Shown: piece by piece, positions 27,148 through 33,959 of the stretch
Numbering within the stretch: the first letter of the stretch is position 1
Layout of the letters: every line of letters begins with the position of its first letter
From: a virus
Virus record (IMG/VR): IMGVR_UViG_3300039065_000016
DNA length: 64,000 bases
Strand: one strand, 5' to 3'
Made by a program: the position numbers and the translations under genes
Notes under the pieces: generated by a model
Database searches by the model: none
What the model saw: only the letters and a program-made list of their open reading frames with translations
What the model was told of the DNA's origin: nothing

Positions 27148-27192
27148 ATAGGCCTGGGTAGACCACAAACCCCCAGCCAAAAGAGAATTACC

Positions 27193-27543
27193 ATGAAGAA
27201 AGAACCGATTCACCTCAGCTCTATGGCCTCGGCCCGCGCCATCGATGCGGAATTCGCATTCCGGATGGACGAGTTCATGGCGCGTGTAGCGAAAGAGCAC
27301 GAAGCGCTCGCCGCTCGTCTGAATGCCGAGAATGAAGCGCTCTGGGGCGAAATCCGCGCTGTCGCCGGCCTGAGTGCCACCGACTTCCCGAACATCGCCA
27401 TGGCGCACGACACTTCCGATGGGAAGCTCTATGTCATGGACGCCGACGAGTTGGAGCGCGTCCGCCAGGCCTGCCCGTGCCCGGACTGCGCATCCGCTCG
27501 CGCAGAAAGAATGCCGTCGCAAGCCAGTGGAGGGATTCACTAA
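27193..27543 (+). CDS. hypothetical early protein (116 aa)
   Basis: Track ORF. AAGAGAA upstream. C-terminal CPCPDC. Confidence 0.6.
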   Translation: MKKEPIHLSSMASARAIDAEFAFRMDEFMARVAKEHEALAARLNAENEALWGEIRAVAGLSATDFPNIAMAHDTSDGKLYVMDADELERVRQACPCPDCASARAERMPSQASGGIH

Positions 27544-27761
27544 TGACTCTGAAGCTATCTTCCGTTCACGTTCGAATCGACGGACCTGACGGAAAGGTTC
27601 TGTCGGAAGGCCGCGCAGAGTTCTCCGGAACTGCATTTTGGATCGCTGCGCAACGCGAAATGCAGCTCAGGCACCTCGTCGGAACTTCATTCGAAGGTGC
27701 CCTGACCTATTTGGCCGATAACGGCTATAACGTAACATTCAGCAAAGGTGAAAAGCGATGA
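27543..27761 (+). CDS. hypothetical early protein (72 aa)
   Basis: TAATG overlap with the previous stop. Inner start of track ORF 27477. Confidence 0.55.
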   Translation: MTLKLSSVHVRIDGPDGKVLSEGRAEFSGTAFWIAAQREMQLRHLVGTSFEGALTYLADNGYNVTFSKGEKR

Positions 27762-28141
27762 TCGAAAGACACATTGTGGATGCGGAAGTCGTCGAGCGGA
27801 TTCGTTCTCTTCGCATGCGACTCAACGTCCTGGACGAAACCCTGCAACGGGCCGTCGACATGGCGATGCTCAGTCACCAGAAATCTCTGCAAGACCTTCG
27901 AACCTATGAAGCTCAGCTATGGGATGCGCTCAACGCCCGTTACGGCCTGTCCGTCGAGAAGACTTATGACCTGCGTTTCGAGGGCGAAGAAGCCGTGCTG
28001 GTCGAGGTGCCGCCCGGCGACGGACAAGGCGATGACTTCATCGTCGAGTCGGAAACCGAAGCGCTCGCAGCAGGCCAGAAAGCTCTGGAAGTCGGCGAGG
28101 CCGTTGCGTCGACACTCAGCGCCAGGAACCGCACCGAGTAA
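27758..28141 (+). CDS. hypothetical early protein (127 aa), helical/acidic
   Basis: ATGA overlap with the previous gene. Followed by a strong terminator. Confidence 0.6.
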   Translation: MIERHIVDAEVVERIRSLRMRLNVLDETLQRAVDMAMLSHQKSLQDLRTYEAQLWDALNARYGLSVEKTYDLRFEGEEAVLVEVPPGDGQGDDFIVESETEALAAGQKALEVGEAVASTLSARNRTE

Positions 28142-28148
28142 GACCAGA

Positions 28149-28176
28149 AGCCCGGATCGCTCCGGGCTTTTCTGTG
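28149..28176. terminator. bidirectional intrinsic terminator between convergent early operon and terL
   Basis: agcccgga-tcgc-tccgggct followed by tttctgtgttt on the + strand. terL stops at 28178 on the - strand. Confidence 0.7.
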
Positions 28177-28177
28177 T

Positions 28178-29560
28178 TTAGAAGTCGAAGAAACCTTTGG
28201 GCTTCCTGATCGGCAGAATGGCCGACATGATCACCGAATCAGCGATGTTCGGCGACTTGATCTTACGCTTCTCGCGCATATCCTTCTTGGACTCGACTTT
28301 GAATCGGCCGTTCATATCCAAGTCTTTGCGCGGCGAGGAAAGCTCGATACATAGCTGATTTAGTTTGTCCGGGTGAATTGTTTCAGAGTTGATCGAAATC
28401 AATTCGTCGAATGGATAAACCTTTCCATGGACAACCGCCTCGTAAGTCTTCCGGAATCTTGTCGCGACTTCTTCCCACTTTTGCGCCTTGATGTTGCTAA
28501 AGTGATCTTTGTTCTTGATCGTAGTGTGCGGCAGCTTCATGTAAATATCATCAGGCTTATCTACAGCGCCGCCCGCGTTGAATGGATCATAGGTCAGTTT
28601 GAAGTCTGGGCTGGAGTCATTCAATTCGGCGAACTTAGACCCGACGTGAGCGCCGACGCCGATGGAGTCATAAGTGACCGAGGCGCCTTTCATCTTTGCC
28701 AGATTGTAAACGCGACTGGACGACTTGAGCAACTCATCTTCCAGACCATCCCATTCGTCCACTTCCATGATGACGTTGCCGTGCATGAGAGTCGTGGCGT
28801 TCGCATCCTCGCCGTCATCCGCAACGTCGAAGCCGATGCGCTTCGACCCGGCCGGCTCCCAGCCGAGTTTTTTGTGGGCATCAATGGCAGCAAGGATGAA
28901 CTTGAGGTTGATGACGGATTTGTCGCCGCCCGTCTTCGGAATCCCTCCATATATGTGCTCGGCCTGGTCCTTGTCGCGCTCATAAGCTTCGTGGATGACC
29001 TTGAGCATCGTCTCACTGAGAAACGGATTTTCGTTCCAGTTGATCATCTTGACGAAGGCGTCTTTGGGTGGCTTCACCACGAAGTTCTGATACACGAAGT
29101 CTGTTACTTCGTTCGGGTTGAAGATGATCCAGATTTCTGAGTTCTCTTTCCGAATGGTCGGCTCAATGACTTCCCACTGTTCCTGGGTAAGGTAGTGAGC
29201 TTCCTCAAGCCAGAGAATGTCAATGCCTTCGGTGGACTTGATTTCCGACAGGTTACGGGCGATCCCATAGAATAAGAATTCTGATCCTGTCCTCTTGTGC
29301 TTGATCGAGTTCTTCGTGAAAATGAACTCGCCGTTGTACTCAGAATTCTCAATCTTGTCCTTGATCAACGTGTAGACCGATTCGCTGATGCGGTTCTGAA
29401 ACTGGCGAGCACAGAGGAACTTGAGTCTATAGTTGGCCGCGAGGTAAACGGCGATACCGCCTGCGTCGTGTGACTTCGAAGACGCCCGGCCGCCATAAAT
29501 GACTTTGTAACGGGCGCGAGTTCGCCAGACCGCTCGCAGTGCAGGGTTGAGTTTGTACAT
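28178..29560 (-). CDS. terL: terminase large subunit
   Basis: Walker A-like YGGRASSKSHD, Walker B-like IDILWLEEAH and a C-terminal nuclease-sized domain. Start set to ATG 29560 (MYKLNPALR). The track start 29623 is non-ATG. Confidence 0.8.
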   Translation of the reverse strand: MYKLNPALRAVWRTRARYKVIYGGRASSKSHDAGGIAVYLAANYRLKFLCARQFQNRISESVYTLIKDKIENSEYNGEFIFTKNSIKHKRTGSEFLFYGIARNLSEIKSTEGIDILWLEEAHYLTQEQWEVIEPTIRKENSEIWIIFNPNEVTDFVYQNFVVKPPKDAFVKMINWNENPFLSETMLKVIHEAYERDKDQAEHIYGGIPKTGGDKSVINLKFILAAIDAHKKLGWEPAGSKRIGFDVADDGEDANATTLMHGNVIMEVDEWDGLEDELLKSSSRVYNLAKMKGASVTYDSIGVGAHVGSKFAELNDSSPDFKLTYDPFNAGGAVDKPDDIYMKLPHTTIKNKDHFSNIKAQKWEEVATRFRKTYEAVVHGKVYPFDELISINSETIHPDKLNQLCIELSSPRKDLDMNGRFKVESKKDMREKRKIKSPNIADSVIMSAILPIRKPKGFFDF

Positions 29561-29625
29561 TCTAATCAATCCGGTGTCAGCAATAGGTCGAGTATATCGA
29601 CGCCGCAACAGACGGTCGAGCACAA

Positions 29626-29636
29626 CCGTTCGTCGG
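29626..29636 (+). promoter_or_regulatory. CCGTTCGTCGG box
   Basis: Exact 11-mer, intergenic. Followed after 4 nt by CATAAT (29641-29646). Lies 26 nt upstream of the -35 at 29663. Confidence 0.6.
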
Positions 29637-29662
29637 TGAACATAATTTTATTGTTAATACAC

Positions 29663-29691
29663 TTTACTTCCATTCTGACCAACGGCATAAT
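29663..29691 (+). promoter_or_regulatory. early promoter/leader cassette
   Basis: TTTACT-17 nt-CATAAT with the spacer TCCATTCTG shared with the cassettes at 25859 and 29994. Leader variant CAGCGAAACGAAAG. Confidence 0.6.
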
Positions 29692-29759
29692 CTCTTCAGC
29701 GAAACGAAAGACTGTTTGTCCGTAATGATGCTAGCTATAACAATCCAAAGGAGATTCCC

Positions 29760-29948
29760 ATGATTGAACGTCTGCGCCGATTAGAAGCCGAGTATGAACG
29801 CATCGAAAGGGAGTGGGGCGGCCTGGCCCGGTATGAGCTGGAAATGCTAAGAATCGAAATCGACTCCGAAAAGAGACAATCCGAAGTCAACGGATACCTG
29901 TCAGTCTTCGGATGCGGACACGCCTTCCATGGGAGGAAATATTCCTGA
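29760..29948 (+). CDS. hypothetical early protein (62 aa)
   Basis: Track ORF. AAGGAG SD. Confidence 0.6.
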   Translation: MIERLRRLEAEYERIEREWGGLARYELEMLRIEIDSEKRQSEVNGYLSVFGCGHAFHGRKYS

Positions 29949-29993
29949 CGAACAGACCGCTCGTCCACTTTGAGAAATATTTCACAATTCTGC

Positions 29994-30022
29994 TTTACTT
30001 CCATTCTGAATAGCGTCATAAT
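29994..30022 (+). promoter_or_regulatory. early promoter/leader cassette (best consensus copy)
   Basis: TGCTTTACT-17 nt-CATAAT. Exact leader CATCGAAACGCGAAAC at 30028-30043, then CCAAAACAGAGGAACGCAGAAATG. Confidence 0.65.
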
Positions 30023-30067
30023 CTCTTCATCGAAACGCGAAACACTCCAAAACAGAGGAACGCAGAA

Positions 30068-30214
30068 ATGACCAAATCCCAGATCAACGATCAAATCCGC
30101 TCCGCCAAGATCGCCATCAGCGAGGCAGAAATGGAAGGCCTGCGCGGCCAGGCTATGATCGCCCTGAAAGCTAAGCTGACCACCCTCAAAGCTCAGTACA
30201 AACTCGCCAAATAA
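30068..30214 (+). CDS. small helical protein (48 aa; below ORF-track cut-off)
   Basis: ATG 30068 sits at the end of the conserved leader (AGAGGA SD). MTKSQINDQIRSAKIAISEAEMEGLRGQAMIALKAKLTTLKAQYKLAK. Stop at 30212-30214. Confidence 0.5.
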   Translation: MTKSQINDQIRSAKIAISEAEMEGLRGQAMIALKAKLTTLKAQYKLAK

Positions 30215-30226
30215 GGGGCCAGAAAA

Positions 30227-30529
30227 ATGACTAAGCAGATCAATATCGGCGTCAGCAACTTCGACGAAGCTTTCATCCAGCACATCATCAGCGGCGGTTT
30301 CCTCTTCGATGTCGACGACTATGAAGTCGCAGACCGCATCCTGCTGAATGTGGATGGCGAACCGGCTATCCAGTTCGAACTGAATGCCGAACTGTGGAAC
30401 GAAGAGACTCTGGGCATTCCGATGGACATCGACAGTGACGAGTTCGCCGATGAGCTTCAAGATTGGGTCGAGTCTAAGGTCAATTTCGCCTTCGAAGAGT
30501 GGCTGAGCGCGGACGAAGGCGAAGAGTAA
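30227..30529 (+). CDS. highly acidic early protein (100 aa)
   Basis: Track ORF. By my count 27 D/E against 3 K/R. Confidence 0.65.
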   Translation: MTKQINIGVSNFDEAFIQHIISGGFLFDVDDYEVADRILLNVDGEPAIQFELNAELWNEETLGIPMDIDSDEFADELQDWVESKVNFAFEEWLSADEGEE

Positions 30530-30535
30530 TCATCA

Positions 30536-30557
30536 GGCGCGGCCGGTTGGTCGCGCC
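30536..30557 (+). promoter_or_regulatory. intergenic stem-loop (9-bp stem, GGTT loop), no U-tract
   Basis: ggcgcggcc-ggtt-ggtcgcgcc. Homologous to the hairpin at 34191-34219, including flanks (TAATC...ACAGGAG). Confidence 0.5.
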
Positions 30558-30575
30558 ATTCACAGGAGAATTGTC

Positions 30576-31493
30576 GTGTCCAAGCCAATCCCTTTCAACA
30601 GCATCGACGGTGACGTCAAGTTCAAGCTCGAAGTCGTGGGTGAAGCAGAAATCGTCCTAGTGGATGTAAGCGTCAGCACCTCCCAGTTTCGAAAGTTCTG
30701 GCCGATAGCAGATAGCCTCTGCTGGGACGAAGAGAAGGCCGAGTTCGTTCCTCGATACAAATCTTCTTACTTGCAGGGCGCTACTGAGTTTTCCAACCGC
30801 GCCCTCCTGGCGTTCGCCGCTGGACAGTATTATCTGCGGGCCGATCAGGGACGGAAAGACGAATCCGAAGGCGTGACTTCTGACGAAAGCCTGACGGCCA
30901 TGGAGCTTGATCGGGAGAACTCGCGTCTGGACGAATGCCTGCAAAACTCCATCGCTCGCGAAGACAAGACGGCCGAGGTGAATCGCCAGCTTCAACTCAG
31001 AATCAGAGATTTGGAGGCCGAAGTCGAAACGAAGAACTCGGCCATCAAGGGCCATCAAAGAAGAATCGACGAACTGCTGAAGCACTCGCAGAACTTGTCC
31101 GCGCAGAACGTCGAATTTTCGCTGGAGCTGGAGTCCAAGAAGACTCTTCTGGAAGCACTCGACAAGAGCCTGGAAACCCTCATGGCCGACAAAGACAGGC
31201 TCGAAACAGCAGCGAAATCGGCCATCGATCTGGAAAACAAAGCTGCCGAAACGAATAGCCAGCTCGCCCTTCGAATCCGCGAGCTGGAGGCCGAGCTGGA
31301 GTCCCAAAAGGCGCTCCGGGAAGAGTCTGACAGAAGCCTGGACGGAAGCATCGCCAATGCCAACAATCAATACAAGTTGGCTTGCGAAGCGCGCGAAGCA
31401 TTGTCGCGGGCGCGCGAGGATGCCGAGTTCTATCGCATCGGCATGCAAAGGATCGCGGAAATTGCGAACCGCAAACCTTTCGAGGACTGCTGA
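30576..31493 (+). CDS. coiled-coil protein (305 aa) with internal repeat
   Basis: GTG start 7 nt after AGGAG. KTAEVNRQLQLRIRDLEAEVETK and KAAETNSQLALRIRELEAELESQK are internal repeats. Confidence 0.65.
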   Translation: MSKPIPFNSIDGDVKFKLEVVGEAEIVLVDVSVSTSQFRKFWPIADSLCWDEEKAEFVPRYKSSYLQGATEFSNRALLAFAAGQYYLRADQGRKDESEGVTSDESLTAMELDRENSRLDECLQNSIAREDKTAEVNRQLQLRIRDLEAEVETKNSAIKGHQRRIDELLKHSQNLSAQNVEFSLELESKKTLLEALDKSLETLMADKDRLETAAKSAIDLENKAAETNSQLALRIRELEAELESQKALREESDRSLDGSIANANNQYKLACEAREALSRAREDAEFYRIGMQRIAEIANRKPFEDC

Positions 31494-31495
31494 TC

Positions 31496-31684
31496 GTGCA
31501 GAAATATTGCCTGCACCATATCCCTCGGCCCGGAACGCTCCAGTTCGAATTCGAACGGATTGCCAGTTCCAAACTCGGCATCAATGACGGCTGCCTGTCT
31601 CTGTCATCCGATGGCGAGCGCTATCTGAACGATCACATTGACTGGCTCTGGCGACAGTTCCTGGCTTCCAGAAATTTCAGATAA
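31496..31684 (+). CDS. hypothetical protein (62 aa)
   Basis: GTG 31496 lies 9 nt after GAGGA. It is an inner start of track ORF 31382. Confidence 0.4.
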   Translation: MQKYCLHHIPRPGTLQFEFERIASSKLGINDGCLSLSSDGERYLNDHIDWLWRQFLASRNFR

Positions 31685-31699
31685 TTCTCTCAAAAGTGC

Positions 31700-31728
31700 T
31701 TTACTCGATGAGGTGTCTGAGGTATAGT
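31700..31728 (+). promoter_or_regulatory. early promoter embedded in a 12-bp inverted repeat
   Basis: TTTACT-17 nt-TATAGT. CTCGATGAGGTG (31704-31715) and CACCTCATCGAG (31729-31740) are perfect reverse complements. Confidence 0.65.
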
Positions 31729-31763
31729 CACCTCATCGAGTGAATAAACCAAAGAGGTGTGAG

Positions 31764-31949
31764 ATGACTAAAGCCGAGCAACTCCTTAAAGCCCGTCTGG
31801 AAGACATCGCCAATGCGGCAGTACGTCGTGAGCGCCTTGACTGGGCCACAGCCTATACTTTCGACGATGGAAGCTCCATTCAGTGCCGCAAGCTGTCGGG
31901 TCGCTCGGCCTTCGCCCGCAACGGGTGGAGCCTCGGCTCCATCGACTGA
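31764..31949 (+). CDS. hypothetical early protein (61 aa)
   Basis: ATG after AGAGG. The track start 31740 is GTG inside the promoter palindrome. Confidence 0.55.
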   Translation: MTKAEQLLKARLEDIANAAVRRERLDWATAYTFDDGSSIQCRKLSGRSAFARNGWSLGSID

Positions 31950-32004
31950 CCAAATCGTCCGGCTTCCTGACCTTACAGAATATCAAATAATTTCGCAGAA
32001 GTGC

Positions 32005-32033
32005 TTTACTCGATGAGGCGACTTAGATATAGT
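32005..32033 (+). promoter_or_regulatory. early promoter embedded in an inverted repeat (second copy)
   Basis: TTTACT-17 nt-TATAGT. TCGATGAGGCG (32010-32020) pairs with CACCTCATCGA (32034-32044) with 1 mismatch. Leader CATCGAAACGCGAAC. Confidence 0.65.
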
Positions 32034-32073
32034 CACCTCATCGAAACGCGAACGTCCAAAAGAGGATTGTGAA

Positions 32074-32274
32074 ATGACATCTCAATTCAACGCCTACGAA
32101 CGGCTAATCATCGAACTCCAGACCCGTTCCAAATATCGTCGCGCCGGTGGGAAGTTCGCGCCGGTTGACGGCACCCAGACCGGACCATGGGGTCCGGTGG
32201 ACAACGAACTTTGGGCGAAGCTTGAGGCCGAAGTCGAAGCCATCTACACCAGCAAACAGGAGCGCAAAGCATGA
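32074..32274 (+). CDS. hypothetical early protein (66 aa)
   Basis: Track ORF. AGAGGA SD. Confidence 0.55.
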   Translation: MTSQFNAYERLIIELQTRSKYRRAGGKFAPVDGTQTGPWGPVDNELWAKLEAEVEAIYTSKQERKA

Positions 32275-32486
32275 TCAAGCAAGACCTGTACAAGCAGATC
32301 GCCTTCGCGGCGATTGGCTCCGGCATCAAGATGTTCGTCAAGCTTTACTGCAACGACACCATCCTGGAAGTCATCGGCGTCGAGGAAGCCCACATTGATG
32401 GGACGACTCGGCTGCGTTACACCGGTCGCGCCGATGGTGTCGATGTTCATTTCTTCATCAATGAAATCGACATGGTGATGGTATGA
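32271..32486 (+). CDS. hypothetical early protein (71 aa)
   Basis: Track ORF. ATGA overlap. Confidence 0.55.
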   Translation: MIKQDLYKQIAFAAIGSGIKMFVKLYCNDTILEVIGVEEAHIDGTTRLRYTGRADGVDVHFFINEIDMVMV

Positions 32487-32683
32487 GCGGCCATTCGATG
32501 TTCGACTTTGAAGTCGATTTCAATAGCGCCACCAATAGCGCCACCATGGAAATCGATCCCGGTTCATTCTATGTAGGCTTCGGGTTTGGCGCGACTGCTC
32601 TGTCAGTCCTGATCTATGTAGACGGAGTTTGGGTGAGCGAACGGACGGCATGGATTCCAGATCCAAAGGAAATATCGCCATGA
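32483..32683 (+). CDS. hypothetical early protein (66 aa)
   Basis: Track ORF. ATGA overlap. Confidence 0.55.
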   Translation: MSGHSMFDFEVDFNSATNSATMEIDPGSFYVGFGFGATALSVLIYVDGVWVSERTAWIPDPKEISP

Positions 32684-32892
32684 GCAAGCGCAAAAACGAT
32701 CAAGGCGGCTGGGCGCAACCCGGCAATGCTCGCAAAGTCCACTTCTTCACGTCGGACGGCCGCAGTCTGTGCAAGCGCTGGCTGTATCTCGGCAAGACTT
32801 ACAGCGAGCTGCCCGACCTGGAAGTCACCTGCGCGATCTGCGAGAAGAAGCGCCAGAGTCCTTTCGAGAAATACTGCGACACCATTTTCTAA
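32680..32892 (+). CDS. hypothetical early protein (70 aa), basic N-terminus, CxxC
   Basis: ATGA overlap with the previous stop. Inner start of track ORF 32629. Confidence 0.55.
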   Translation: MSKRKNDQGGWAQPGNARKVHFFTSDGRSLCKRWLYLGKTYSELPDLEVTCAICEKKRQSPFEKYCDTIF

Positions 32893-32923
32893 CGTTCAAG
32901 CCTTCAAAAACCGAGGAACCGCC

Positions 32924-33571
32924 ATGAAACTCTACCATGCAAAAGTCAGCCCTCCATCCTTCTATCGCCACAACCAGACCGACGAAGAGCGGAAAGCGCT
33001 GGAGGCGGAATACATCAGCAAACTCCACGTCCTCCTGGGGAACCTGGAAGGCGTAACAATCGGGAATCCTGGTGAGCGGAACTGGGAGCCGTCCACATGG
33101 AGCAACGACGTTCCCGTGATGTGTAATGAAATCGGCCTGGGCCGTCTGACCGCTTCGGCCTGGGATCTGGACAAGGACTATCCGTACACCATCATCAGCT
33201 TGGTCCTTCTCTGGGACGATGTTGACCCGGAAGCCGCTCTGCGGCCAATGCTGGAGCGCCTGGAGCTGGCCGCGAGCCGGTTGGCTGGCAGGTCCGAAGG
33301 CTACATCAACCAACCACAGATGGTGGACGGCATCGAAGGTTGGAACTCGCACACCAGCTCGGCCATCCCTGGTCCGAATCTCCAGAGCGTCAACCGTCTC
33401 CTGCTCAAGGAAGACTGCTGCACGGACGAACTCCAGCATGCCCTGGACGCAGGATGGCGCCTTCTCGCCGTTTGTCCGCAGGAAGCGCGTCGGCCCGATT
33501 ACATCCTGGGTCGATTCGATCCGACTCCACCGCCCGGTCCCCGTGGAGCGGCCAGGAGCATAGAAGGATGA
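32924..33571 (+). CDS. hypothetical early protein (215 aa)
   Basis: Inner ATG after GAGGAA in track ORF 32726. Confidence 0.65.
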   Translation: MKLYHAKVSPPSFYRHNQTDEERKALEAEYISKLHVLLGNLEGVTIGNPGERNWEPSTWSNDVPVMCNEIGLGRLTASAWDLDKDYPYTIISLVLLWDDVDPEAALRPMLERLELAASRLAGRSEGYINQPQMVDGIEGWNSHTSSAIPGPNLQSVNRLLLKEDCCTDELQHALDAGWRLLAVCPQEARRPDYILGRFDPTPPPGPRGAARSIEG

Positions 33572-33900
33572 CTATGGTAGGGCCGACAGGCAAGCGCTAT
33601 TGGCTCCGATATGAAACCAGATACTGGGAGTGTCTTGACGGACAAACCCTGCGGCTGGTCTTCGTCATCAACGGTCGCCGGTACGAGGTCAATCGACGAG
33701 TGAATGTCGACATCCTGTCCAGTCGGCGCAGGTTCGAATCTTTCGGCCGAGTCCTGGCAAGGATGGAAATCAGCCTGTGGTTCGCAGTGTGCGAGCAAGA
33801 AGGGCCATGGCGCGGTAGCGTAGCCATAAGCGATACCGCACTTTGGTTCCACCTGACGGGAGAATTGATACACAAATGCTTTACTCGGCGGCCAAAATAA
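33568..33900 (+). CDS. hypothetical early protein (110 aa)
   Basis: ATGA overlap. Its 3' end carries the next promoter. Confidence 0.55.
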   Translation: MTMVGPTGKRYWLRYETRYWECLDGQTLRLVFVINGRRYEVNRRVNVDILSSRRRFESFGRVLARMEISLWFAVCEQEGPWRGSVAISDTALWFHLTGELIHKCFTRRPK

Positions 33901-33909
33901 GGGCATAAT
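33880..33909 (+). promoter_or_regulatory. early promoter
   Basis: TGCTTTACT-18 nt-CATAAT, then CTCTTCACC. Confidence 0.55.
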
Positions 33910-33959
33910 CTCTTCACCGGCTGAGAAGTCGGACCCAAAGTCCAAAAAGGAATCTAGAA

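Noticed and set aside
29991-29999. TGCTTTACT at the early promoters resembles the T4 MotA box (TGCTTtA) of middle promoters.
   Set aside because: Spacing to the -10 is 17 nt from TTTACT, the normal -35 position. It is not the ~12 nt expected for a MotA box centred at -30. A plain sigma70 -35 reading is sufficient. The resemblance is kept only as a remark.
31544-31555. 12-bp perfect palindrome TTCGAATTCGAA.
   Set aside because: It lies inside a CDS (31496..31684), is isolated and is not repeated elsewhere. It is most likely chance or a restriction-site coincidence.
33725-33745. GGTTCGAATC, identical to a canonical tRNA T-arm/loop.
   Set aside because: Flanking bases cannot form a T-stem, acceptor stem or anticodon arm. 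It lies inside a coupled CDS (33568..33900). I found no tRNA anywhere in the window.
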